A stretch of DNA of 61,105 bases, counting the filler, from Globobulimina sp. (Eukaryota), in assembly GCA_003354225.1 (NCBI GenBank). It is 11 parts of 11 records of this genome, joined end to end, with 100 filler letters (N's around TTAATTAATTAA, not from the genome) between each part and the next. Parts side by side here need not be neighbours in the genome. Positions count along the whole stretch, not along the records: positions 5,579 to 11,054 come from PIVH01000552.1; positions 11,155 to 16,628 come from PIVH01000553.1; positions 16,729 to 22,194 come from PIVH01000554.1; 8 more parts are not named here. The stretch is one strand, 5' to 3'. How positions within the stretch are numbered: position 1 is the first letter of the stretch; every line of letters begins with the position of its first letter. The translations under genes and the position numbers were made by a program. Shown piece after piece: positions 8,866-20,400 of the stretch. The notes under the pieces were generated by a model that saw only the letters and a program-made list of their open reading frames with translations, was not told the DNA's origin and ran no database searches.

Positions 8866-9816
8866 CTACATAATAGTATCCACGAGAACATGCCCTTGGC
8901 CATAATGAACTCTTCTGTTGCGTCTGTATTGACAAAATATAAAACTGGACAATGCTAAAACGATAATCACCAATAATGCAATGATAAAATCTGACAGTGT
9001 AATTATCCAATGACATTTCGGAATTGTTGCTTCTTGATTCTTCTGCTTCATCAGTGATGCTAAAGTAGGATGTTTTGTAGGCTGAGGAGTTGGATGTTTT
9101 GTTGGCTGAGGAGTTGGATTTGTGATTGCAGCTTCATATTCTATTTCCATTATAAAAGTATCAGCTTCAACACCTACAGATTCTAAAGTATGTGATCCTA
9201 AAGTACTGGTGTTTGAGTATAATATTCCAAGCTTATTTTGCTCTCTCCCCCATTCGCGACAAAAACTATATGTTGAATGAATTAAAAAAAATGCCTGCCA
9301 GTCGCTGCATGAGGTGGCTTGTGTCATAATAGCAAAACTTTTGGCTCGCCATGTTGTATTAATACCAACCCAATCAGGTTGATATGGTATTGATGAGCTA
9401 AGATCTGTCCATGATGAAGAGATAATGTTTGGTACAGATAACCATGAATTAAAAGTTGATGAAGAAGCATCAAATATAATTTGTTTTTGAGTAACATTGT
9501 CTTTGCAAATATTTAATCGAACTCGATCCACAGTAATCAGATTATACATCCACGCGATGATCAAAATTGATTTAAAATTTGTGTTGTCAATGCTCAATGA
9601 TTGCCCAGCTGCAGTCGCTAGAAACGTTTCTTCAGCAGCAAAAGATGCAAATGTAGTACCACCTCTTTCGTTATACCAATTGTTTGGTAGATCAGGTGTT
9701 GCTTTGTTTTTGTTCAGTTTGAAGACTCGTCTCCAAGTTTGGGAATATGTCACATGAGTGGATAAAACGAGTGCCATCAATACACGTAATGAAATATAGT
9801 TGATGCGTTTCGCCAT
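8866..9816 (-). CDS. Type I membrane protein: signal peptide, globular ectodomain, Pro-Thr stalk, TM
   Basis: Hydrophobic N-terminus; repeat (PTPQPTKH)x2 encoded by a 24-bp tandem repeat near 9067-9118; TM FIIALLVIIVLALSSFIFC followed by RRNRR. Confidence 0.8.
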   Translation of the reverse strand: MAKRINYISLRVLMALVLSTHVTYSQTWRRVFKLNKNKATPDLPNNWYNERGGTTFASFAAEETFLATAAGQSLSIDNTNFKSILIIAWMYNLITVDRVRLNICKDNVTQKQIIFDASSSTFNSWLSVPNIISSSWTDLSSSIPYQPDWVGINTTWRAKSFAIMTQATSCSDWQAFFLIHSTYSFCREWGREQNKLGILYSNTSTLGSHTLESVGVEADTFIMEIEYEAAITNPTPQPTKHPTPQPTKHPTLASLMKQKNQEATIPKCHWIITLSDFIIALLVIIVLALSSFIFCQYRRNRRVHYGQGHVLVDTIM

Positions 9817-10064
9817 TTATAATAACACTTTTTTAGATTCGACTGTACTTTTGAGGAGCAACTGACAATGACGACAAAAACATTGATTGAACACAATCAT
9901 AAGTATAAATTAATGTGCATTCAAAAGTTGCTACTGATATGGTAGGCGAAGTAATGAAGACACAAATTAGAATAATTTTAATTGCTAACAACCATTGGAA
10001 AAAGAAAAAGTGAAATGATATATACATACACATATATTATAAACTTAATATGATTAATTTAATA

Positions 10065-11054
10065 TTAATGATTGCTGTTATTAGATTGCGATGAGAGAGA
10101 CGGTGATGTTGTATTTGTATTTGTGGTCGGCACAGATATTGAAGATATCATTGGATATGACTGTGTATGGCAGGTACTTGCAACTGGAGAATTGTTACAA
10201 ATCTGATTACATCTCATCCTATTCTCCAAATTCTGCACTTTTTTCATTAAATCAACATTTTGCTCCATCAAATCATTATTTTTCTTTTCCATACAAATTA
10301 CTTTGTCCTTCCAATCCTGATTTCTTTTTTGTAAATCTTTTATTTTATTTTTATCAACGTCGGGATTCCCAATCACCAAATCATTCATTGTCGAGGCAAA
10401 ATCATCCAAACATTTACATTCTTCATTATGTTCCCGACATATCCACGCATGCTGTCTTTGAATGCAATCCTTAATAATATGAATACCCGCCACTTGCACA
10501 GCATTCTCATTGTAAATCAAAGCAATCCCAATATTAATATTTGCACAAATTCTAACTGTCAACACATGTTCAACTCGATGACCTGCACTAAAAAACAATA
10601 AAATTGGCACTAAATTGATATTATTATAACAATTCAATTCTTGTAAATCTTTAATAAACGAATTCTTTGCAATCGATAAAGTTTTTCGTCGCTCATTATC
10701 TGGCTTTGCAAAAACCTCTACTTTATGCCATGCTGTCTTTGTAAGCAATGTCTTCAAATGTTCCTCACTTTGTAACCATGCCTCGATATCCTTTGCATGT
10801 TGCATTTGCTGCACAAATATCCAATATGTTCTCGGAGATTCAGGTAACTGATACTTTTTCATTCCAAATTGGCTCATTACGTCTTGTTCTGTAAATAGTT
10901 TCTCGATCATTTCCCATGCAGTTCGTTTTGTGCCTTTGTGTTTTGTAATAACGCAATACAAACACGATCCAGTTTCCTTATCATGAAAATCAAAATTTAG
11001 TGCTTTAAAATCGCACTCATTATCATTGCCACCTTGCAACTGATTGAATTGCAT
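10065..11054 (-). CDS. Hypothetical protein (probably 5'-truncated) with C-terminal coiled coil
   Basis: 329-codon ORF abutting the contig edge; heptads KIKDLQKRNQDWKDKVICMEKKNNDLMEQNVDLMKKVQNLENRM. Confidence 0.6.
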   Translation of the reverse strand: MQFNQLQGGNDNECDFKALNFDFHDKETGSCLYCVITKHKGTKRTAWEMIEKLFTEQDVMSQFGMKKYQLPESPRTYWIFVQQMQHAKDIEAWLQSEEHLKTLLTKTAWHKVEVFAKPDNERRKTLSIAKNSFIKDLQELNCYNNINLVPILLFFSAGHRVEHVLTVRICANINIGIALIYNENAVQVAGIHIIKDCIQRQHAWICREHNEECKCLDDFASTMNDLVIGNPDVDKNKIKDLQKRNQDWKDKVICMEKKNNDLMEQNVDLMKKVQNLENRMRCNQICNNSPVASTCHTQSYPMISSISVPTTNTNTTSPSLSSQSNNSNH

Positions 11055-11154
11055 NNNNNNNNNNNNNNNNNNNNNNNNNNNNNNNNNNNNNNNNNNNNTT
11101 AATTAATTAANNNNNNNNNNNNNNNNNNNNNNNNNNNNNNNNNNNNNNNNNNNN

Positions 11155-13319
11155 CGGTTAAATAGATGATTTTTGTTGAATTCGCTCATCGAGGATCGGG
11201 TCGAAGTTCGTGGCGACGACATGCCATTAAATGAGGGGTAGGACACATGCGATAATGCATCGGTGGAGGTGTTGCTTACTGTTATTCGGCCGTCATAATC
11301 ATCGCTAAAAAATCGAGCCTCGCAGCATAACAATATATTCCTTTTTTGTTTGTACATGTATTTTTTTTATAGCAACGTTCGTTTTTGAGGTGTTTTTGTA
11401 TAAAAACGCTCAACTTTGCAGTGGTAACTAAGGGATAGGTCAATAATAATACGTCTTCGGCGTCATGATCGTCGTTGTTATTATGGGTGATGCTCCATAT
11501 TAACTCATGGATTTGTACGGAATCTGCGTCGCCGACACCGATGGCATGTTTTCTTTCGTACTCGTCATCGTCCATAAATGCCAGCGACTGCTCAAAGGAT
11601 TGCGACTGTTGTATGGTAGTTAAAGCCGGCGGTTCTGGCGAGAAACGCAACGAATGTTTGCTTTTTTTAGTGTTATGGCGGTGTTGGGAGACCAAATCAT
11701 TTATGGATTCGTGTTTCTGGATCTCTTGTAAACATTTATGGCATTCTAACACACCACAATCAATCAATCGATTCTCTGCTCTTCTCTCTTTATAGCAAAT
11801 CCATTGCTGACTCTTTTTATTCTTCACAAATCCCAATAACTTCAAAAATGACTCAACGTGGTCGTACTTCAATATTTTCGCTGCAAACTCGATAGTATAC
11901 GGCAACGATTCGTCTTTTTTTAGTGTGATGCACATCGTACGCAAAATGGCAAAGACTTCCCTCGAATCGCCACATGAGACCATCAATGACTGCGCAGTGG
12001 TCGCAAACACCTGTATACAAACGGTATAATTTAGTATTTACACACATGTAATGAATGAATGGTGCTTAACTAATTCAGCTTGCTTCGGATCAATATGCTT
12101 TTCATCATCGTCCAGATCCGTCACAACAACATCGACGTCATCAGAATCTGGCGAATCACTGGCATTCATATCAGGGTCGTTCTCCTCTACACTTCCTCGA
12201 AACCCGTGTGGCCGAAGGCTGCTACTCCTAGCTCGGGTGGCAAATGCCAGTGAGTTGGAACCGCCAATTAATTGGAAGGTAGTGTCGCTCAGAAACGAGT
12301 CTGCTGACACACCAATACGCATTGCGGGCTGTCGCGGCAAGAACCTATCACAGGGCAGCTGTGCCCGTTGTGGTGGAGAGGGAGCACACAATTCACGGTC
12401 TGACTCGGTGTCATCGTTGCAACTGTCAGGCCATTTTTGTCTATGCGTTGGTACCGGAATGGATATGTTTGAGTTCTGTAATGCATCAAAGCAGGAGGTA
12501 CTTTTACTACTTTCTACGTCTGCGAACTGGATGGTGTCCGCTCTGCGTTTACGGGTTGGTACGGGATTGGAGGTGGACGCGATTGGTATGAGGCTGTTAT
12601 GGGATACGCTCTGTAATGGAGTCATAGGGAAATGTGATAAGGACAGACGGCGTTTATCCGGTCGAGATTCTTGGCGAGAGACTGTGTATAAAAAGAGGTT
12701 ATTTGTAGCAATTTTGTATATCATTTGGGCACTTGTGAATATTTTAAGAGACACAAAATGTATAAACAGACATATTGTGTACATGCATTCAATTGTGAAA
12801 GATTTACATTGGTAAAAACATTAAGAACGAATCAAAGTATGTTGTTTGTATTTTGCTACAGTAATTTGTGAGTACTTAACGTGATAATAATATACGATTA
12901 AAATTGAGATCGTCTGGGTCGCATTCATTATCTTCGTCGCCTTCATCATTTTGCTCAACCAGTATTTGATAAATATGTGTTTTTTTATGTTCTTGTGAGT
13001 CTTTATATAATTTTGCGATTTTTGATTCTGAAAAAGAGTGCGATGATGAACGGGAACGGGAACGGGAACGAGATACAGATCGGGAACCGAAACGTTTACT
13101 ATCTGCTAACGTCATGGTTTCAGGTCTAACGAATGCATTTGCGGGACTGTCATAATCGATGTCTGTATCGCTTGTCACGGAGAGTGGGATTGATGGTGAT
13201 TTAGTATAGAATGAAGGCGAGAATAGTTCTATAGATAATGGACGAGGTTGTTCAGATAATGTATACGTCTCTGATGGTTGACGATATATTGATTTGTCAG
13301 TTAGTACTGTATTTGACAT
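11155..13319 (-). CDS. RasGEF-type protein fragment (Ser-rich region, PUB-like domain, REM motif). Exons 13319-12881, 12681-12071, 12010-11415, 11340-11155 (truncated)
   Basis: Three GT-AG introns (12682-12880, 12011-12070, 11341-11414) join the separate ORFs in frame, giving LIWSIT...DVLLLTYPLVTTAKNILLCCEARFF (REM) and AAKILKYDHVESFLKLLGF (PUB-like). Confidence 0.65.
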
Positions 13320-13380
13320 TATTTGCGATTTGAATATTTATAATAGTTATAACTTTTTTTTTGAGTCGCTTTGGTCAATA

Positions 13381-14865
13381 ATGTCGTTTGTTTGGAATAT
13401 CCCTTCGATATCAAAGAAGAATCAGACGTTGTTATGCAATGGGTATATTCGACGAAATTATGACGGGTATATAGCTGATGATATTATGAAATTGTTTGCA
13501 AGTTTCTATTCGCCACTGTTTTATACATTTGATGATGTCAAAAATGCGCAGCATTATCGTAAATATGTGTCGCCAGTGTTTGCAGTCGAACAATTTAAAT
13601 GTTATTTAGGTATGAAAAAAAAAATATCATTTCAATGACAAAAACACCACAATATATTTACAGAGTTTTGGCCCAATGGAAGCAATCAGAAAACTATCGG
13701 ACAAACGCGATTATTTTTTTGCTTTTTATTAATACCACCAAACGTTGAAGACATATGTGCCGGATTCACATTAGAGATCAAGGAAACCAATACCAAGTTT
13801 GTTAAAACAAGAAAATATTTCAACAAACTCGTAAAATATTGTCCTTGGAACTCCGACCTTTTACCTTTTGAAAAGCTTAAAAATGTGGATAAATTGACCA
13901 TATTTTGTACTATACACACGCTTAAAATTACGCGACGACATAAATTTCGAAATCCAACTACATATATTCCAGACACTATTACTCTGAATGTGCTAAATAC
14001 TCTGCCAACGCAAAGCTACACTTGGGAGATATGTTCAGCAGAAACGGTGAGTCTAATACATAACGCTCCCAATGTTTTTAGTTTAGCAAGTCCTATATTT
14101 CAGTTGTTTGGCTTGAAGTTTTATTTAACATTTTGTCCTAATGGAAGTCGTACCACTCGCAAGGGAGAAGCTAATATATACTTACATTTAGCATCCGTAC
14201 CATTTGCAGATATGTCGGTATGGGTGAAACAGAGATTATCCTTTTTCGATTCTGTGGATGAATCCATTTTGAAACATTGCATGAATTCAGATGGCTGGGG
14301 AAAGGATTCCAGTGTAAACACAGAGGAGTTAAGGAAAATGGATAGGTTTTGTTTTGGTGTGGAATTAATGTTAATTGATGTGGTTGGAAAGAATGGATTG
14401 ATGACAGAAAAGTTTATAAATGCAGAAAATAAAAAGGTGGTGTTTCTGGAAAATAGTTCATGTAATTTTGAATGGATTGTGCCGGTGTTTAAGTTTGCGG
14501 AATTTGAAAATAAAGATTGTAATATGTCTGATAAAATATTGAGGAGTGAGATATTTACCATGTTTAAGTTCCAATGGTATATACAAATGGATGTAACAGG
14601 CAAAGTTAGCTTGCATTTATTGAAAAAGAAATGGAAATCAGTGGATGTTTTGTCTGTGCGGTGCTTTGTTGTTGTGCCTGAATTGAATATAAGATATACA
14701 TTGAAAGGGATATTTGGGAAAAAACATGTTTGTGTAAATTGGGGAGATGAGAGGATGGATATGGACGAGTTTAAGAAATTTGGAGAATGTCATGTCATTT
14801 TGGATATGGAACTGATTGATGTGTATTGTAATGGGAAGGATGTGACACAGAAGTTTGTGAAATGA
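13381..14865 (+). CDS. Triple MATH/TRAF-like domain protein; intron 13610-13663
   Basis: Splicing gives SPVFAVEQFKCYLEFWPNG; further repeats SPIFQLFGLKFYLTFCPNG and SEIFTMFKFQWYIQM. Confidence 0.8.
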
Positions 14866-14983
14866 TAGATTTATATATTGATGACATCCCATAAATTAAA
14901 CTCAAAAAAAATAAATTATATAGATACAGTGCCGCAATATTCAGTAAAAAAAGTTTCTGTTTTGGTAAATGAGAGAAATGAGT
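14863..14983 (+). repeat. ~120-bp element after the first MATH gene, repeated at 16179-16296
   Basis: Exact 23-mer ATATATTGATGACATCCCATAAA at 14873-14895 and 16189-16211 with collinear similarity around it. Confidence 0.85.
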
Positions 14984-15094
14984 AAATCCATATATTGACT
15001 GCAATACTCCGCAGCTGCTGACTTTCAGCGTGAATTCGCAAAAAGGAACATTAATAATAAAGTTATCTCGTGACAAAACAGTCAATTACAAACG

Positions 15095-16165
15095 ATGTCT
15101 TTCCGCAAGAAGGAGCCTGGTAACGTCAATCCGAAATACATAGAAAGACATGAATGGAGAATGTCCAATGTAGATAAAATACATTCCATTCAAGAAGCAT
15201 ATCCATATCAATTTTTTGTAAGTCCAGTATTTAAATTACATCATCTCAAATGGTATAAACATTCATCATTCATTTTATTTTATCATTTATAATAAACACT
15301 ACTTTTTTTTTGTTTATAAAGGTTTCTAAAATTCCATCCAAATGGAAAAGGTGAAAAACAAAACAAAGGTCATGTCGACTTTGATATTTTTATGGAAGGT
15401 TTAACTCCGAATTTATCCGAAGTATCCGCCAAATTTCGAATCTCATTAAACGCACAAAATGCATGCGATGAACCACGGATTTTTTCAACGCCAAGAATTT
15501 GTTACGGCGAATTATTTGTACCTTTGGTTGCAACAAAACAATTACAAAATTTAGCTCGCATTAAAATTGTGGTTGAAATTGAATTAATTCGGGTTTTAGA
15601 TATTAATGGAAATGTTACAGTTGACAGTGAATGCCAACACTCATTGCATTTATATCCGCAATTAAGTCAAATAAAAGAAAGTTCAGTGGCCATCACAAGT
15701 GGTGCAGATAAAAAAAATGATGAATTAACGTTTTCAGATAAATTAGAAATAACCGATTCTATTTCAAAAATGGCAGAAATGGAAAGAAAACTGACAGCCT
15801 TATCTGAGAGGGTAAGAGCATTGGAGTTATTTATAAAATGTGGCAAATCAGACCAAGATAATAATAATGAGTTTGTTGCAGATGAAATGAGAAAAATGTC
15901 AAAAAAAAATAAATTAAATTCATGGTTGGTTGATAAAGTAAAACTTGCTGAATATTATCATTTATTTGTTGAACACGGATATAATACTTTGGAGGCAGTA
16001 TCCTTTGGAATTACGGATGAGATATTATTATCGATGGGAATTGAATTGGTTGGGCATAGAGAATTGATTATGTTTCGTGTGATGCAGTTGAAGACACGGC
16101 AACAGCCAGCAAACCAATTGCAATGCAATGAAGAAGAAGGTTTTGCTGCATACACTCATCAATAG
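15095..16165 (+). CDS. MATH - coiled coil - SAM protein; intron 15253-15321
   Basis: Splicing gives SPVFKLHHLKWFLKFHPNG; SAM WLVDKVKLAEYYHLFVEHGYNTLEAV...DEILLSMGIELVGHRELI. Confidence 0.8.
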
Positions 16166-16365
16166 TTTGCATGTAATGTGATAGAGTGATATATTGATGA
16201 CATCCCATAAAGTAAATTCATAAAATGTAAATTATAGATGCACTGCAATATTCACTAAAGAAACTATTTTTCCTTTTTTAGTTGAGCTAAATGAGTCTAA
16301 CTTGTTGTTTTATTAAATGAACGCTCCATACACCGCACTCCACCACAAAAAAAAACCTCCTCAAC

Positions 16366-16628
16366 ATGCATTCCTCAAAACTGTTGCCTCATGCCGTTAC
16401 TCGTCACAGTCATCTTACCAAAAGTCAGCAACTACTCACAAACATATGGCACCATCAATTCCATTCCTCCAACACTTCTCATTTCCCAGTCTCTGACTAC
16501 AACGTATTCTGGTTACGGCAGCCACGAAAATGGGATTTTATTTCGTGTGGCAACCATCCGGAAATGCATCCAGGTCAAAGCGTGCCTAATCAAGAAGCAC
16601 GTGTCTTATTTGCGCGCCACACTCCGCA
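16366..16628 (+). CDS. 5' fragment of a hypothetical gene (possible transit peptide)
   Basis: ATG-initiated frame open to the contig end; His/Ser/Arg-rich N-terminus without acidic residues. Confidence 0.35.
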
Positions 16629-16728
16629 NNNNNNNNNNNNNNNNNNNNNNNNNNNNNNNNNNNNNNNNNNNNTTAATTAATTAANNNNNNNNNNNNNNNN
16701 NNNNNNNNNNNNNNNNNNNNNNNNNNNN

Positions 16729-17305
16729 GTGTGCACCATCCACTAAAACAATAAACGAAATATTAAAATCTGGACAAAATATTAAAAAAGTTTATATTGA
16801 TCCATTTGCGTATAATTTAATATCTCCGTCACCACAGCATTTAAAAAATATTATTCCTCGGATTTTTGAATGTAAATCACTCGAATATTTTGGAATTGTG
16901 GTAAATGATGAAAATTATATGTCAATATTGGATGGGATTGAAGTTGCTTTATTTCAAAACAAACAAATAAAAAGAAAACAAATTAAAATTAGAATGAATG
17001 GGGCGATAAAATTAAAAATTGATTTGAAAGGTATAATTTTTAATATTTCTCGAATTGTGTTATTGTTGGAATCATCAGAAATAAATGATTTTATGTTTAT
17101 TTGTGATATGAATAGAATGAATAAAAAAGATGCAAAGGAATTGGATGCAAATGATATTGTAAATGATTTAAATAAGATTTCAAGAAACATCAAAACAGCT
17201 GTAAATGGATTTTGTTTTGTAATTACAAATAGAAATTGTAACATATGCGGATGGAATGGACGTTGGTTATTTCCACTGTCGGCTATATGGAAATTTCGAA
17301 CTTGA
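16729..17305 (+). CDS. 3' fragment of a hypothetical protein (LRR/F-box-family-like C-terminus)
   Basis: Frame open from the contig start (CAPSTKTINEILKSGQNIKKVYI...) to TGA at 17305. Confidence 0.55.
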
Positions 17306-17405
17306 TGAGATAAGTTTTATTATTGAATTATTGATATGCCCAAAATAATATTAAATTGTTTAACACATTTATTTTTGACAAGCAAAAAAAACTCTAAAAG
17401 CAAGC

Positions 17406-20400
17406 ATGACAACGCAAAAGAGCAGAAACAAGCAAAGTACACGCGATGCCTTATCAACCTTTGTGCCGCAAACAATGAAATGGATCCTTCAGCAAGAAAC
17501 CAACTTAACAGTGCCATATAGCAAACAGTTCCCGTCCGTCGCCTTATTTGCAGACATTTCAGGCTTCACAAACTTAACCGAAAAATTGTCCGCCTTACCC
17601 GGCACATTGGGAGTGGAAACCTTAGCGGATGAAATCAATAATTATCTGACTCAGATCATCAAACAAATAGTGGGCAGTGGCGGCGACATCTTCAAGTTTG
17701 CGGGCGATGCCTTATTATGTGTCTGGCCGCCAAACCAACAGGAAATGAACGACATGATCATGGCCTGGAAGAATCTGAGCAAAACTGTGTTGCGCGTCAT
17801 TCGCTGCGCTTTGGATATCCAGAAATCATTGGGCGAAATGAGCAAATGTGGCGTGCCCGAATTGATACTCCGCGTAAAGTTAGGCATTGGCGTAGGGAAC
17901 GTCGACGTGTTGGTGGTTGGCGGCGTAATGGGTCGATTTGAAAACTTGCCCGCTGGACAGGCTTTTTTTGAGGCATTTAACTGCGAAAATGACTGCAAAC
18001 CGCAACAAGTGATAATATCCAACAAATGCTACCAAATGTGTAAGGCGCAAATTGGTGACTGCGAAGCCGTGGGGCCACTCGGAAACTATTTGGTGAAATC
18101 CATCAAATATCGAATAGGGAAACGCAGGAATATGAATGCGGACTCCTTGAATTTGTCCACTATGTCTGACCAAAACGACAGTTTATTTAAGAAGTTCTCG
18201 CGGTACATCCCGTCCGCGGTGGTGCCGCATCTACGAATGCCCGAACAAGCGTGGGTCGGCGAGCTGAGACAGGTCACCATCATGTTTTTGTCGCTGCCCT
18301 TCAACTCGACGGACATAAAGAACATCGGCAGCAACAAAGGCGAGAACATATTGAAGGAGATCCATGACAGCATCCGGCAATTACAGACCATCATATATCG
18401 GTATCAGGGCTCGTTGAATAAGTTTCTGGTCGACGACAAAGGCTCCACTGTCATGGCGGTGTTCGGATTGCCTCCGGTCGCTCATCGGAATGACCCCGAA
18501 CGCGCAGTGATGGCTGCTTTGGATTTGAGGAAGAAGTTCAAGGCGCGTTACACGAAGAAACTGTTGTCTTTGCTGGGCGGCGCCACATTGGACGTGAATA
18601 AGACAAAGGAGCAATATGACCGCGACAAAGACAAAAACAAAAAGAAAAAAGACAAAATGAAGCACAAAGCCAAAGAAAAGACAGTGAATGGAAAGAAAAA
18701 GAACATCATCGCCATTGGCATAACATCGGGCATTGTGTACCTGGGACTTGTTGGCGGTGCAGGCAGTCGGAGGGAATATTCTGTGTTGGGCGATAAGGTG
18801 AATTTGGCCGCGAGACTGATGGGTCTCAGCAAGAAAGAGCCGCATATTTATGGCGAGATTGCCGTGGATGAGAGCATAAAATCAAAGGTGATGACTGGCG
18901 AAATTCGGCATGAATTGGACTGGAAGTTCATTAAAACCACCAAAGTGAAGGGGAAGAAGCAAAATATCAATGTCTACAGTCCGGTGCCGAAGATATTTAT
19001 CCATCACGTGGCCATTCCGCCGATTGCATGGCTGACGGACGCGTCCGATAAGTCGTACATTACCGAATGCAGCCGCGTCATTGAGAGGTTACACAAATAT
19101 GAGACAGGCAAAGTGGTGTTTGTCGAAGGCGAGGCCGGTTTGGGCAAAGCAGCTTTGATCAGCAGAGTGATGCACCAAACTAAGAATCGGATCTGGTGGC
19201 TCTGGGGAAAGGGGTCGTGGCTGCATGAAACCAAGGAAGCCTTGAAATTCCCGGTCTGGAAACAAATCTTATTGTCCTTTGAGATAAAATATCCGTTCTG
19301 GCTCTCCAAAAACCGCAAATCCTTTGAACATTACATCGAGAAACGGCGGCCAGATTTGCATCAATGGCTATTCTTATTGTCGTATTTCAATTTGTTATCC
19401 TTTGTAAGTCCGACTGAGTATGATCCAAACATTCACATTGAAAAAGACAGAAAAGATTTGATATTCGCGAGACTGCGCAATTCGGCGTGGCAGCGGAATG
19501 ACAAATTAGTGCAAGAGTTGAAAGACAAGATCCAGCTCAGAATGAGTGTGGACGCCAAACGGTTCGAGCAGCAATTAACGGAAATCAAAGATGACGAAAC
19601 TCGCAAACTAACAAAGCGAAAAAAGGAAGAAGAATGGCGGCTATCTGCAGAGTTGAAGGTGAATAAAAAAATAGGAAACTTCATCTACGACATTGTGTTT
19701 TGTTTATTGGAGTGGGCCGGCGGTAAGTTGGCCGGCACGAAGCCGATTGCCATTGTCATTGACGGATTGCAGTGGCTGCGGACATGGGACTGGTCGCTGA
19801 CTCGCCGCTTGTGTCTGATGCTGGAAAATAACATCTTGAAACATGTCACTTTGTTCATCTCCTCGACGCCGATGGACATTCGGCGGTATACACCGCATTA
19901 CATTCGCAAATATTACACGGCGCAGTATCAGGAGATGCGCGATGGCGAGTCGTCCATAGTAATATTGCCGGCGGCGTGGGGCATCCAGAAAACCAAAAAG
20001 TACATCAAGTCCTATTTCAAGCACGAGCACAACATCAATGTTCGCGATGTGTCGCCCAAATTGGTGGAGACGGTGCACAGTCAAAGTGGCGGCCGACCCG
20101 GTTTTTGCAAGGAATTCTTGGATATTTTGTTCAAATTACCGTCTTTGCTGACTTTTGGGCGACATGCGGTACAAAGGGGAGAAAAAGTTGTCTTTCAGTT
20201 TGGAATTCGAGCAACATTTATCTTCGCGGACGCAATATTCGAGCATCCCGATCCCAGCGAGCGTCCAAGCCATCACGGCGCGCCATTTGGATGTCCTGAA
20301 CCCGGAGTCCATGCTCTGTCTCAAGACTGCGGCCACGATCTGCATCAGCAAAGGAACGCGCTGCCTCTCCTTTCTCAAGTCGACGTTGCGAGGCTCGCAT

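Noticed and set aside
12051-12815. 254-aa plus-strand ORF and other antisense ORFs (11475-11795, 14121-14603, 56364-57050, 59289-59972, etc.)
   Set aside because: Shadows of real genes on the opposite strand; no motifs of their own
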